From Octopus bimaculoides (taxonomy: Eukaryota), in the NCBI RefSeq assembly GCF_001194135.2, contig NC_068983.1, positions 94,123,348 through 94,187,347 on the forward strand: 64,000 nucleotides of DNA, read 5' to 3'. Below are positions 63,482 to 64,000 of the stretch, piece by piece. Within the stretch, counting starts at the first letter, position 1; the number at the start of each line of letters is the position of its first letter. A model generated the notes under the pieces. That model made no database searches. It was not told where the DNA came from and was given only the letters and a program-made list of their open reading frames with translations. A program made the translations under genes and the position numbers.

Positions 63482-64000
63482 CAACCTCATTCTGACCGTG
63501 GCCTCCTTTAATTCAACACGAAATCGTTATGGCCCCCATGCTAATTTAAGCTTTTATCTCCACTCTGTCCCTCAACTTAATGCATCTAAAGAAGTAGAAA
63601 GAAGCATTAAAAGTTGTAGTTTTGCATCAAATATCCACCCCACTTGTAAATAAAAAAAAAATAGTTGAATAAATATTTCACTTAAATAAATCTATTTACA
63701 CTTACAAAGCAAAAAAATGTAACAATTTTAGTTTATATTGCTTGATTTCAATGGGATCCCTGTGACTGATGCAGAGTTACCAACTTGTCAATATTTGGTT
63801 TTAAAGCCATCAGTGAGAGGCGTAAATCTCCTCTTTCTTCTACGTCAAGGCAATTTCGAATCTTTGACAGCAGACACATCACCCAACTGAAACCTGACTC
63901 AACTAAATAAGATGTGGGAAAAACTAGTAAAAGCAACTTAACGTTTTTCCTAGGTAGTGGGTACTTTATAGAGATCTGTAGTAACGCTGTGTGCATGCGT
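63482..64000 (-). mobile_element. hAT (Buster/ZBED5-8-like) transposase 3' end
   Basis: ORF 63748-63996: LLLVFPTSYLVESGFS...RNCLDVEERGDLRLSL...HQSQGSH* is the hAT C-terminal dimerisation domain. The subterminal ggaggccacgg...gaggttgag is cut by the fold-back at 63481. Confidence 0.88.

Overview
This is AT-rich, microsatellite-rich eukaryotic genomic DNA from a gapped draft scaffold (11 N runs). The SINE and microsatellite make-up suggests an octopus or other cephalopod; that is inference, not a database result. One protein-coding gene is well supported: a two-exon RABIF/MSS4 orthologue on the minus strand (62251-62084 joined to 55583-55302, 149 aa). The rest is mostly transposon debris: three or four tRNA/RTE-related SINE families, RTE LINE fragments, an R4/Dong-type RLE retrotransposon, a Penelope GIY-YIG fragment, mariner/Tc1 and hAT elements, and a Gypsy RT remnant. 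The main unexplained signal is about 10 fold-back (long inverted-repeat) elements from several unrelated sequence families. Most carry a type I hammerhead ribozyme motif (CUGAnGA / stem II / GAAA / palindromic stem III / NUH). Three motifs have fully intact cores (4065-4124, 52590-52632, 63347-63414), and the latter two bracket RABIF on its own strand. All folds and translations were done by eye, and TE boundaries are approximate unless TIRs or TSDs are quoted.
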